Assembly: GCA_977017645.1 (NCBI GenBank)
Contig: OZ360245.1
Location: 3,844,001-3,908,000, forward strand
Source: Torpedo marmorata
Lineage: Eukaryota
Length of the DNA stretch: 64,000 nt
Reading direction: 5' to 3'
The notes below the pieces were generated by a model. It searched no databases. It saw nothing but the letters and a program-made list of their open reading frames with translations, and was not told the origin of the DNA. Every line of letters starts with the position of its first letter. Within the stretch, counting starts at the first letter, position 1. Shown here piece after piece: positions 37,890 to 49,969 of this stretch. The translations under genes were made by a program, and so were the position numbers.

Positions 37890-38910
37890 GGCAGAGAACA
37901 GTGGTGTTCCACAGGGGTCGGTGTTGGGGCCACTTCTTTTTTACGTTGTATATAAATGATTTGGATTATGAAATAGATGGCTTTGGGTCTAAATTTGCAG
38001 ATGATACCAAAATAGGTGATGCTGAGGATACGGAAAGGCTGCAGAGGGACTTGGATAGATTCGGAGAATGGGCAAAGAGGTGGCAGATGAAATACAAAGT
38101 TGGAAAGTGTACGGTCATGTACTTTGGTAGAAGAAATAGACGGGCAGACTGTTATTTAGATGGGGTGAAAATTCAAAATTCAGAGGTGCAAATGAACTTG
38201 GGAGTCCTCGTGCAGGATACCCTAAAGGTTAACCTCCAGGTTGAGTCAGTGGTGAAGAAGGCGAATGCAATGTTGGCATTCATTTCTAGAGGGATAGCAT
38301 ACAAGAGCAGGGATGTAATGTTGAGATCTATAAAGCACTGGTGAGACCTCACTTGGAGTACTGGGTACAGGTTTGGGCGCCGTATTAGAGAAAAGAAGTG
38401 CTGGCGTTGGAGAGGGTTCAGAGAAGCTTTACTAGAATGATACCAGGAATGAAAGGGTTAGTAAATAAGGAACGATTGTCGGCTCTTGGACTGTACTCGT
38501 TGGAGTACAGGAGGATGAGGGGGGATCTCATGGAGGCATTTCGAATGCTGAAAGACCTGGACAGAGTAGATGTGGCAAGAATGTTTCCCATGGTAGGGGA
38601 TTCGAGGACAAGAGGGCACAACTTCAGGATAAAAGGTCGTCAATTTAAAACAGAGACGCAGAAAAATTATTTAGCCAGAGGGTTGTGAGTCTGTGGAATT
38701 TGTTGCCACAGGCAGCTGTGGAAGCGAGGTCGTTGGGTGTATTTAAGGCAGAGATTGACAGGTATTTGATTAGTCAGGGCATCAAGGGTTACGGGGAGAA
38801 AGCCGGGGAGTGGAGCTGAGTGGGAGGATGGATCAGCTCGTGATTAGAATGGCGGAGCAGACTCGATGGGCCGATGGGCCTACTTCTGCTCCTATATCTT
38901 GTGATCTTGT
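37890..38910 (+). mobile_element. CR1 LINE 3' ~1 kb
   Basis: SGVPQGSVLGPLLF, KFADDTK, LQRDLD; frameshifted. Confidence 0.9.
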
Positions 38911-40016
38911 GAACATAGAAATCTACAGCAGCGTACAGACCCTTCGGCCCACAGTGTTGTGCCAACCCGATAACCTACTCTAACAACTGCCTAGAATTTC
39001 CCTACTGCATAACCCTTCATTTTTCTCAGTTCTGTGTACCTATCTAATAGTCTCTTTAAAGATCCTCTTGTACCTGCCTCCACCACCGTTGTCGGCAGCG
39101 CATTCCATAAGACATAGGAGCAGAAATAGGCCATTCAGCCCATCGAGTCTGCTTGTCTTACAATCATGAACTGATCCATTTAATTTTTAATTAAATTTAG
39201 ACATATAGCACGGTAACAGGCCCTTTCGGCCCATGAGCCCATGCCGCCAATTACACACAATTAACCTACAACCCCCAGTACGTTTTGAAGGGTGGGAGGA
39301 AACTGGAGCACCTGGAGGAAACCCACGCAGACACGGGGAGAACGTACAAACTCCTTACAGTCAGCGCTGGATTCAAACCCCGGTCGCTGGCGCTGTAATA
39401 GCGTTGCGCTAACCGCTACGCTAACCGTGCCGCCCATTCTCCCACAGCCCCACTCCCCATTCACCCACCGCTCTCTGTTGAAAAACTTACCTCTTATATC
39501 CCCCCTGTACTTACTCCGAAGCACCTTAAATCTGTGCCCCCTTGTGTCAGCCATTTCAGCCCTGGGAAAAGCCTCTGGCCGTCCACACGATTAATGCCTC
39601 TCATCCACGTACACCTCGATCAGGTTACCCCTCATCCTCCGTCACTCCAAGCAGAGAAGACCAAGTTCACTTAACCTACCCTCAGAAGCATAGTCTCCAA
39701 TCCAGGCACCATCCTTGTAAATCTCCTCTGCACCCTGTAACATCCACTTTCTTGTTTAACCCAGTGCCTGCAGACTTCTGTTCAACTGTAGAGGCAGACA
39801 GCGAGTCAGCTCTGTCTACAGGGCACGGGTCAGAGTGATCGACAGAGGAGAGAGCAGGAGAGCTACATTTCAGTAATATTTGAAAGGAAACGTGGATAGG
39901 ATAGGTTTGGGGGAAATGGGCCAAACGCAGGTGGGACTAGTCTGGGTTGGGTTTTTGGTCAGCACACTAGCGTCACTAGTGGGGTGCGGACCGCACCGGG
40001 TGACACCATCAGAGGG

Positions 40017-41990
40017 GCGGTGCAGTTGTGGTCTGGCGCACTGACCTCTACCTTGCCGAGGCCAGTCGACAGCTCTCAGACACCTCCTCCTACCAACCCC
40101 TCCCACGGGACCCCACCACTACACATCAAGCCACTGTCTCCAACACCATCTCCAACCTCATCACCTTCGGTCACCTCCCCTCCACGGCCACCAACCTCAT
40201 TCTCTCCCACCCCCGCACTGCCCGTTTCTACCTTCTACCCAAGATACACAAACCCAACCATCCGGGCAGACCCATTGTTTCTGCCTGCTCCTGCCCCACC
40301 GAACTAGTTTCATCTTACCTTGACTCCATCTTTTCTCCCCTGGTCCAATCCCTCCCCACCTACATCTGCGACACCTCACATGCTCTCCATCTCCTCAATG
40401 ACTTTAGATTCCCTGAACCGGACCGCATCATCTTCACTATGGATGTCCAATCCCTTTATACCTCTATCCCCCACACAGAAGGTCTGAAAGGACTTTGCTT
40501 CTTCCTGGACCAAAGACCCGACCAGTCACCTTCTACCACCACCCTCCTCTGCCTGGCAGAACTTGTCCTCACTCTCAATAACTTCTCCTTTAACTCATCC
40601 CACTTTCTCCAAATCAAAGGAGTAGCCATGGGTACCCGCATGGGTCCCAGCTACACCTGCCTGTTTGTGGGCTTTGTGGAGCAATCCATGCTGCAAGCCT
40701 ACACAGGCAAGACCCCTCATCTATTCCTCCGGTATATCGATGACTACATCGGGGCTGCCTCATGCACCCGCGATGAGCTTGTCAACTTCATCCACTTCGC
40801 ATCCAACTTCCACCCCGATCTCAAACTCACCTGGTTCATCTCCGATAACACTCTCCCCTTCCTGGATCTCTCTGTCTCCATCTCGGGAGACAAGCTTTCC
40901 ACTGACATTTACTACAAACCCTCCAACTCCCACAACTATCTGGACTACACTTCCTCACACCCTGTCCCCTGCAAGGATTCCATCCTGAGGTCTTCCAGTC
41001 CAGATCTTCTGAAATGTCTGCCTTCTTCCAGAAACGTGGCTTCCCCTCCACCACCATCAACTCAGCCCTCACCCACATCTCCTCCATTTCCCGTTCATCT
41101 GCCCTGGCCCCCTCTGCCCCCAGACGCAACAAACATAGAATCCCCCTCATCCTCACCTACCACCCCACCAGCCTCCGCATCTAACACATTATCCGTCAGA
41201 ATTTCCGGCACTTACTACAGGATCCCACCACCAGACACATTTTTCCTTCTCCTCCCCTCTCGGCCTTCCGTAGGGACCGCTCCCTCCGCGATTCACTCGT
41301 GCACTCATCCCTCCCCACCCATCACACCCCTGGCTCCTTCCCTTGTGCCCGCAGGAGGTGCAACACTTGCGCCCACACCTCCCCCCCTCACCACGGTCCG
41401 GGGCCACAAGTAGGCCTTTCAAGTGAAGCAACACTTTACTTGTACATCCAGAGAACTTATTTACTGCATCCGGTGCTCCCTTTGTGGCTTTCTATACATT
41501 GGAGAGACCGGTCGTAGATTGGGAGACCGCTTTACTGAGCACCTCCTCTCCGTCCGCAACAACAGCGACCTCCCAGTAGCCAACCATTTCAATTCCGAGT
41601 CACACTCCCACACTCACATGTCTGTCCATGGCCTTATGTACTATCCCACCCAGACTACCCGCAAATTGGAGGAACAACATCTCATTTTCCGTCTCGGCAC
41701 TCTCCAGCCAGATGGCATTAACATTGACTTTTCTGCTTTCCACTAAACCTGCTTGTCTTTTCCTTCCCCTCCCCCCTCACCTGTCCTTCCTGTTTTCTTC
41801 CACCCACCCAGTCATCCCTCCTTCCCCCCTTTGCTGCTGTCCCCTCCATCCTTTCTCCACCTATCATCTCCTGCCTTTGCCACCCCCCCTTCCCCCCCTC
41901 ACTCTTTTGTTCGGACGCCTGCCGGCATTTTCTCATACTTTGATGAAGGGCTCAAGCCCGAAACGTCGGTTATGTATTTCTACCTTTTGT
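40017..41990 (+). mobile_element. Penelope-like retroelement (RT + GIY-YIG endonuclease), 5'-truncated, frameshifted
   Basis: FYLLPKIHK, GRPIVS, FTMDVQSLYTSIPH, GVAMGTRMGPSY, RYIDD; LIYCIRC..C..LYIGETGRRL.DRF.EH. Confidence 0.92.
41934..41974 (+). ncRNA. Minimal type-I hammerhead ribozyme motif at Penelope 3' terminus
   Basis: catac-tTGATGA-A-GGGCT-CA-AGCCC-GAAAC-GTC-ggttatg: core, stem II, palindromic ACGT stem III, GUC cleavage triplet, stem I pairing. Confidence 0.75.
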
Positions 41991-43371
41991 GACCGGTTTT
42001 GATGTTAGACCTCACAGAACTCAATACGAGGAGAAATCATGGCAGATAACAGTTTATTTGTGAATAATGTATTATAAACAAGAGTTAATGAGAAAATGTT
42101 ACAGACTGGATTTACAGTGGATACGTTACACAAAAGGGGCAATCTTCATCCAAATGTCTGCCATTCAATACCATACTGTCGTTTCCTTCTGGATATCTGT
42201 TATTCTATTCAGAAAGCTGTCTGTAAGGAGTTTGTATGTTCTCCCCGTGTCTGCGTGGGTTTTCTCCGGGGGCTCCAGTTTCCTCCCACCCTCCAAAACA
42301 TACGGGGTCACAGGTTAATTTGGGTGTAATTGGGCAGCACGGGTTTAAATGGCCAGAATCGGCTTCTACCGTGCTGTAAAGAAAATTTAGAAATGTCTGC
42401 ACAATTGGTGCCATCAAAGGCCACACCACCCCTCTCTGGGACTCTGAATGGAACCCAAGGCCCAGTGTTGAAGGACCCCCGATGTGCTGGACAGCACTTA
42501 CCATTTAGCTATAAGCACTGAAACACGTTCTGGGATCTTGCTGTGCGGAGATTGCCTCCTCTGGTTCCCGCATCACGATAGTGGCAGCATAGTTAGCGAC
42601 CCGGGTTAGGATTGAAGGGCGTCCGCTTACGCGGAGGAATTTCTTCAGCCAGAGAGTGGTAAATCGGTGGAATTTGTTGCCACAGACAGTTGTGGAGGCC
42701 AGGTCATTGGGTGTATTTAAGGCAGAGATTGATAGGTTCTTGATTAGCCAGGGCATCAAAGGTTATGGGGAGAAGGCCGGGCAGTGGGGCTGAGTGGGGA
42801 AATGGATCAGCTCATGATTGAATGGCAGGGCAGACTCGATGGGCTGAATGGCCTATTTCTGCTCCGATGTCTTATGGTTTGAATCCAGCAGCTGTCTCTA
42901 AGGAGTTTGTACGTTCTCCCCGTGTCTGCGTGGGTTTCCTCCAGGTGCTCCGGTTCCCACCCACCCTTCATAACGTACAGGGGTTGTAGGTTAATTGGGT
43001 GTAATTGGGCGGCACAGGCTCGTGGGCCAGAAGGGCCTGTTACCGTGCTGTATGTCTAAACCTCAGGAGCAGTCCTTTGCCTGTGAATTACTTTGGACAT
43101 CCTGAGGTTATGAAAGCTGCTACAGAAATGCAGATTTCCCTCGTTGATAGAGGATCAGTGCCATCAGTGCTGCGCCGTTGGTGAGGACAGGCGCTGTGTC
43201 TATGAACGTGCGGGGAATCTTTGGACTTGAACTCAAATTTTAAATTTAGTCGTACAGCACTGTAACAGGCCCTTCCGGCCCAGGAGCCCATGAGTTACTA
43301 AAGACACTGCCTCCCCAAAGACTTAATATATTGTTTATTGGAAATTTACTCCTTGCTTATTCTCATTATTA

Positions 43372-43981
43372 ACTGGACAACAATTTTTTTCAAAAGGTTT
43401 GCTTCCTGAAAAGAAATTGGAGATTATGATAGACAACTCCAAGCTGAACACAAAGATAATTTCAGATTTGCTGTATCACGTAGGAAGTTGGAGAAACATT
43501 AACTTTTATTGAATTTAGCATGTTTAATCGCATAATGACGCTGACACATTGCGTTAGTTCAACTGACCTAAAAATGTTTTGCCGCTGATTTTCGTTTGTA
43601 TCAACATCTGATGCCTCTCGTGTCAGTGTCCAACAATAGTCGGCCAGCTTTGATGGATTCCAGTTGCCCTGATACCGCTTTTCCATGGTCGCAATGTCCT
43701 GGTGAATCCTTTCACCGTGTTCGTCACTGACTGCACCAAGATCAGCAGGGAAGAAGTCCAAGTGCGAATGCAGAAAATGAATTTTCAATGACATGTTGCA
43801 CTTCATGGTTTTGTATGCTTGAAGTAAACTTAAAATATGACAGGAAATCACAAAAATAGGTTATATCTTAAAGAAAACGGTATGTGATAGCAAAATTCTA
43901 AGGTAATTTTCGTGATCAGCAGCCAAAAACCCATAAAATACACCAAAAGTGTTCAGGAAGCAAAATCTTCGTTGTCCAGTG
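43372..43981 (-). mobile_element. Chapaev3-type DNA transposon remnant (copy 3)
   Basis: (C)ACTGGACAAC...GTTGTCCAGTG, TTA flanks, same transposase remnant. Confidence 0.8.
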
Positions 43982-44640
43982 TTATCAGAGTTTTAAGTAA
44001 AAACACATTGCTGGATAAAATCAGCAGGTTTATATACTTTATATATAAATATTTATTTTTGTGTACTTTATAGCAAAGATACATAACCAACGTTTCGGGC
44101 TTGAGCCCTTCATCAAGGTATGAAGAAATGTAGGCAGGTGCCCGAGCTTACAGATGGGGAGCAGTGAGAGAGAATCCCACAGAACTCCCTTCGGAGAACA
44201 AAGGTGAACTTCTTCAGGGTAGGCATCCCTCGAAGAGATTTCACAGTTTTGCAGTAGTCAGAAGTAAAACATGAAAGTCCGCAGACACCGTGGTTGAAGT
44301 AAAAACACAAAGCTGGAGAAAGTCGGCAGGTCAAACAGTGTACTTCATGTAGCAAAGATAAAGATACGTAACCAACGTTTCGGGCTTGAGCCCTTCATCA
44401 AGGTATGAGCAAAATGTAGGCAGGCGCCTTAAGTTCAGCTTGCTTGTATAAGTCAAGTGACCCATCCTGCACTAGATATTGTTAACCCTTTCTACCACAG
44501 TATGTGTGCCAATAAACCCGAACTTGATTTTATCTTTTCTGATTGCTCGTTTTTCTTTTCCAGACCATCTGAAGTTTGGCGCTGACGGCCTCCGCCTCTA
44601 CGGCCTCCCTCTCTACCCCCTTCCACCTTAGAGCGACCCC

Positions 44641-44969
44641 ATGCATCAGTGGAAGTACAGTGCTTGTGTGCAGCGCCTACCCAGTGGGGACGACGGTCAG
44701 CTCGAGGTCACCGCCGGGCTCACTCTGAGCACAGACGCAGATGAGGTGTTCACCGAGGACCCGGATGATCCCAACTCCCCCCTCGGAACCTCTGCGGGGG
44801 CCAAGACCCCGATTCCCTCCACCCCGAAGAATCAGAAAAGGATAGCTCGTCGGTATCAGTTCTGTGAAGTCAATGGCTCAAAAACCAAGGTGCCCATGGA
44901 CTCCTTTTACCCGAAAGGTTACCAAGTGACGCAAAAACCAAGTACCCCAGTGCCCCAGGAGACAGAAAA
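44641..44969 (+). CDS. TRPV1: TRPV1-like channel, first coding exon (exon acceptor at 44563/44564)
   Basis: Strong polypyrimidine acceptor, in-frame upstream TAG at 44629, ATG 44641, PMDS motif as in TRPV4/non-mammalian TRPV1 N-termini, donor aa|gtaagt in phase with the next exon. Confidence 0.8.
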
Positions 44970-45110
44970 GTAAGTCAGCAGTAAGTTGGGTGCAGAGTAA
45001 GACCAAGGGGAAAGAGGTCAGGTCTAATGTCACTCAGACTGAAAGCAGTGTTTCACTGGTGGGGCTGAATACAGAATGTTCAAGTTTATTACCATCTGAC
45101 TGTACGTGCA

Positions 45111-47061
45111 CAGTAGAAGTCCGAAAATCCAGACTGCTCGGGGATTGGGTCGGTCCGGATTTTCAGATTTTCCGGATTCTTGGGCAGTACTTTTAAAATT
45201 CAAATTTAAGGAGGAATAAAGAACGCAAAGAACGCTCTGCCCTCCACTCACTCCGCAACAATCCCAACCTCACCTCCTCAGAACGCTCTGCCCTCCACTC
45301 TCTCCGCAACAATCCCAACCTCACCTCCTCAGAACGCTCTGCCCTCCACTCACTCCGCAACAATCCCAACCTCACCTCCTCAGAACGCTCTGCCCTCCAC
45401 TCACTCCGCAACAATCCCAACCTCACCTCCTCAGAACGCTCTTCCCTCCACTCTCTCCGCAACAATCCCAACCTCACCATCAAACCCGCAGACAAGGGCG
45501 GTGCGGTTGTGGTCTGGCGCACTGACCTCTACCTTGCCGAGGCCAGTCGACAACTCTCAGACACCTCCTCCTACCGACCCCTCCCACAGGACCCCACCAC
45601 AGCACATCAAGCCACTGTCTCCAACACCATCTCCAACCTCATCACCTACGGCCACCTCCCCTCCACGGCCACCAACCTCATTCTCCCCCACCCCCGCACT
45701 GCCCATTTCTACCTTCTACCCAAGATACACAAACCCAACCATCCGGGCAGACCCATTGTTTCTGCCTGCTCCTGCCCCACCGAACTAGTTTCATCTTACC
45801 TTGACTCCATCTTTTCTCCCCTGGTCCAATCCCTCCCCACCTACATCTGCGACACCTCACATGCCCTCCATCTCCTCAATGACTTCAGATTCCCTGAACC
45901 GGACTGCATCATCTTCACCATGGATGTCCAATCCCTTTATACTTCTATCCCCCACACAGAAGGTCTGAAAGCACTTCGCTTCTTCCTGGACCAAAGACCC
46001 GACCAGTCACCCTCTACCACCACCCTCCTCCGCCTGGCAGAACTTGTCCTCACTCTCAATAACTTCTCCTTCAACTCATCCCACTTCCTCCAATACTAAT
46101 AAAGAAGAGATGATGGTTAATAGTCAGTTACTTAACAGTGTGGATGAACAGAGGGACCTTGGGGTCCAAATCCATACATCCCTCAAGGTCGCCGCACAGG
46201 TTGATAGAATAGTTAAGAAGGCCGAGGGGATGCTGGGCTTCATTAATAGGGGGATTGAATTCAGGAGTAGAGAGGTCATGTTGCAACTCTACAAATCTCT
46301 GGTGAGACCACACTTAGAGTATTGTGTTCAGTTCTGGTCACCTCATTACAGGAAGGATGTGGAAGCTATGGAGAGGGTGCAGAGGAGATTTACCAGGATG
46401 TTGCCTGGATTGGAAAATAAGTCTTATGAGGCAAGGTTAGCAGAGCTGGGACTTTTCTCTTTGGAGCGTAGAAGGATGAGAGGAGACTTGATAGAGGTCT
46501 ACAAGATTCTGAGAGGCATAGATACGGTGGACAGTCAGCACCTGTTTCCCAGGGTGGGATCAGCAAACACCAGAGGACATGTGTACAAAGTGAAGGGAGG
46601 GAAGTTTAGGGGAGACGTCAGGGGTAAGTTTTTTACACAGAGTTGTGGGTGCCTGGAATGCCTTGCCAGGGGTGGTGGTGGAGGCTGAAACATTGGGGGC
46701 ATTTAAGAGACTCTTAGACAGGCACATGGATGGAAGAAAAATAGAGGGTTACGGGGTAGGGAGGTTTTTAGTATTTTTTTTTAAGAAGGAATATATGGGT
46801 CAGCACAACATCAAGGGCCGAAGGGCTTGTTGTGTGCTGTATTGTTCTGTGTTTTATGAACATGTAAATTTTGATCGTTTATTCATTAGCAAATACAACA
46901 TGCTTCATTTAACAAAACGAGCAGTTTTAAAGAAAAATTAAAATGCCGCTGTGGATCTGTGGCGCTTACGCACGCACACAAAAGCCCGCTAAATTTTAAA
47001 AGTTTGAGAGTTTTTGAAAAGTCTGGATTCTCGTGTGGTCCGGATTTCTGGACTTCTATTG
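45111..47061. mobile_element. Tc1/mariner-like MITE hosting nested Penelope (45230-46095) and CR1 (46100-46860) fragments
   Basis: Imperfect TIR CAGTAGAAGTCC.(A/G)AAATCC at both ends; TA at right end. Confidence 0.65.
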
Positions 47062-47338
47062 TATGACCCGACAAAACAGCGTTTCTCTGGACCACGGTGC
47101 ACACAAATACACACACAATACACAGCACATAGAAAAATAACATATATACATAAAGATATAATATAAAATAAATATATATAAATATTTCTGAATAAATTTA
47201 AATGTACTTGTTTTGTTTGTGGATTTGATGGGTCGGAATTGGCTCCACTCTGCTGTATGGTTAATTTTTTTTTAAAGTTATATTGTGGGGTTGCTGGAAT
47301 GGAACCCAGTTTTGTGAAGAGTTGTCTGTTGTTCCCAG

Positions 47339-47508
47339 TCGTCAGTCCGTGGATTCCTTTGATAGCAGTCAGCGGAAATCGGTGCCCACGCTGTACGAGT
47401 GGCAGTGGCTCTTTGAGGTCGTGTCCAAAGGCAGTGTGTCCGAATTGGATGGATTCCTGCCACACCTGATCCAGAACAACAAGCGTCTCACCGACTGGGA
47501 ATTCCGAG
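47339..47508 (+). CDS. TRPV1: TRPV1-like coding exon 2 (ankyrin repeat 1)
   Basis: ttcccag|...|gtacgc, 170 bp, LYEWQWLFEVVSKG...KRLTDWEFR aligns with TRPV1 LYDRRSIF..V...KRLTD.EFK. Confidence 0.9.
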
Positions 47509-47612
47509 GTACGCACCCCTCCTCCCGAGGTTCATTCCCCAGGATTCCCTCCCCCCTCCTCGGGGTTCTCTCCCTTCCCCTCTCCTCCCCAGGGTTCCCT
47601 TCCACGGCGCAG

Positions 47613-47945
47613 GCTCCCTCACCGCCCCTCCCACGGCGCGGGCTCCCTCACCGCCCCTCCCACAGCATGGAGCTCCCTCACCGCCCCTCCCACAACGCGG
47701 AGCTCACTCACCACCCCTCCCACAGTGCTGAGCTCCCTCACCGCCCCTCCCACTGTGCGGAGCTCCCTCACCGCCCCTCCCACAGCGCGGAGCTCCCTCA
47801 CCGCCCCTCCCACAGCGCGGAGCTCCCTCACCGCCCCTCCCACAGCGCGGAGCTCCCTCACCGCCCCTCCCACAGTGTGGGCTCCCTCACCGCCCCTCCC
47901 ACAGTGCAGGGCTAACTCACCTCCCCTCCCACAGTGCGGGGCTCC
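47613..47945. repeat. 30-bp minisatellite (ggagctccctcaccgcccctcccacagcgc); same family at 61150-61475
   Basis: Tandem copies visible at both loci. Confidence 0.95.
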
Positions 47946-48689
47946 CTCAGCTGGGAAGGGGAGGTGATTGGTCTGGATCATGTTGGATCAGGCTACCATT
48001 TGCCAGTGTTCTGGGCCATGGGCCCACTCTGTTCCACGATGCTCCTCTCTCCTCACTCAGCCCCCACTGGGAGGAAACAGTCAGTCTGTGTTCCTCTTTC
48101 TGAAGCTGTCTGTGTCTGGGAGGTGAGACCAGGCCCAGACAGCCTGACCCGGATTGTCTGTGTCTGGGAGGTGAGACCAGGCCTAGACAGCCTGACCCGG
48201 TGCTGCAGTGGTTTGCCCTGAAGCCTCCCTGCTCCTGGGGACTGCTTCCCTCCTGAGGTCTCGCCAGCTCTTGCTCGATCCGCTTCCTGCTGAACCCGAA
48301 AGCCTGGTCTCACCGAGTGGTGGTCAGAGCTCGTACAGCTTCCTGCCTCGTGCTTCTGCACACAGGGTTTCATTCTTAGTGGAACCGCTGCCAATCGCTG
48401 CCTTGGGTGGCCCAGGCAGTAGACAGGGGCGAGGTTCCAATCGGCCATTGAGGAACAGCTGAACAGGCTGCAGCCTCTATCCCCACCACTCAGAATTAGA
48501 CCAACACTACCAAATACAGCTCACAGGTCATTCAGCCCCCGCTGTTCTAGACTAGCCTCCATTACCCAGGAAATATAGGCCTGTGAGCCTGACGTCAGTA
48601 GTAGGTAAATTTTTGGAAAGTGCTCTAAGAGATCGGATATACAGTACAAGTATTTGGATAGCCATGGACAGATTATGGATAGTCGATAT

Positions 48690-49645
48690 GCAGCTGGAAG
48701 CAGGTCGCTTCTCGGGCCAGGCAACGTTTCCGGGGGTGCTTTTCGAGTCCGGAGAAATAGCATTTCTCGGACTCGCAGCTGACGGCAGCTGTGGTCGATT
48801 CTCCGGCGTGGTGTGGGGTCTGCGGTATCCACGGAACCGGCGGGAGATCGCACGCCTGGATAGTGTCGGAGTTCTGCAACGCGGCTTCCAGTGTATCGGC
48901 CAGCTCTATCGCCGAACAGAAGGTGAGGTCAGCTTGTTCCAGCAGGCACTGGAGTACATACACCGACCTGGTCCCAGTAACGAAAGCGTCTCTTACCAGG
49001 AGCTCCGCGTGTTGTTCGGCCGTCAGTCCCTGGCAGTCGCAGGCCCGCACAAATGTCTGTAGGGCCCGGACGAACTCCCCGCTCGACTCACCGGGCAGCT
49101 GCTGCCGCATCGCTAACCGGTGTCGCGCATAAACAGTATTAACTGGCTGTATATATTGTCTTTTAAGGGCATTCGTCGCGTTTTCGTAAGTCCGCAGGTC
49201 TCGGATCATTGAGTAGACCCGTGGGTGCTTACCCTAGAGAGGAGGACTTTGCGTTTTGCAGCGCCTTCTTGTACCTTGATCTCCTCCAGGAACGACTCAA
49301 AGCAGGCTAGCCAGAGTTCAAAAGCGTTGCTGGCCTCTGGTGTTTGCAGATCGAGGTCCAGCTTGTCTTGTCTCAAGACATTTTCCATGCTTACAATTTT
49401 GCTAATAAAATTGATGAGCTCATCAATAACTTCAAAAGACTAGAATTTGTATTTGAACTGAAAGGCTTTTATTAGCAAAAGAATGGAGTTACATCCAAGC
49501 TAGTAATCTGTCCCGGACTGGGGGAGGAGTGGTGGCACAATCGCCTTTATTCAGGGGGTCTGTGGGAGGAGCCACAGGAACAGTCAGCAGAGGGCATGTC
49601 CAGACATATCACCCAGCCACAACCTATACACAGTGGTTTACCACA
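48690..49645 (-). mobile_element. Gypsy LTR retrotransposon 5' part: LTR 49412-49645 plus degenerate gag (ATG 49388)
   Basis: LTR TGTGGTAAACCACTG...CATCA; gag with YARHRL..RQQ.PGES..EF...L, RDAFV.G and decayed zinc knuckle CYFSG...H....C. Confidence 0.85.
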
Positions 49646-49969
49646 AGAGGTATTTAAAATTATGAGGGGGATAGACAGAGTAAATGTAGATAGGCTTTTT
49701 CCACTGAGGTTGGGTGAGATACAAACCAGCGGACATGGGTTAAGAGTGAAAGGGGGGAGGTCATGTGATGCGGAGGAGTTAAGCAGACGTGGATTCTTGG
49801 GCTCTCCATACATCATCGATTTAAAACTTGATAAATATTGAATTTTCGGATTTAAAATAGATAAAAAGCAAGGAGAATGGGAAAGGAAAGTAAATCTCAA
49901 CCCTTGGCAGCAGGAGGATCTCCCAATTCGACAGATTAATCAAGTGAAACCCCACACGGGAGCAGAGAC

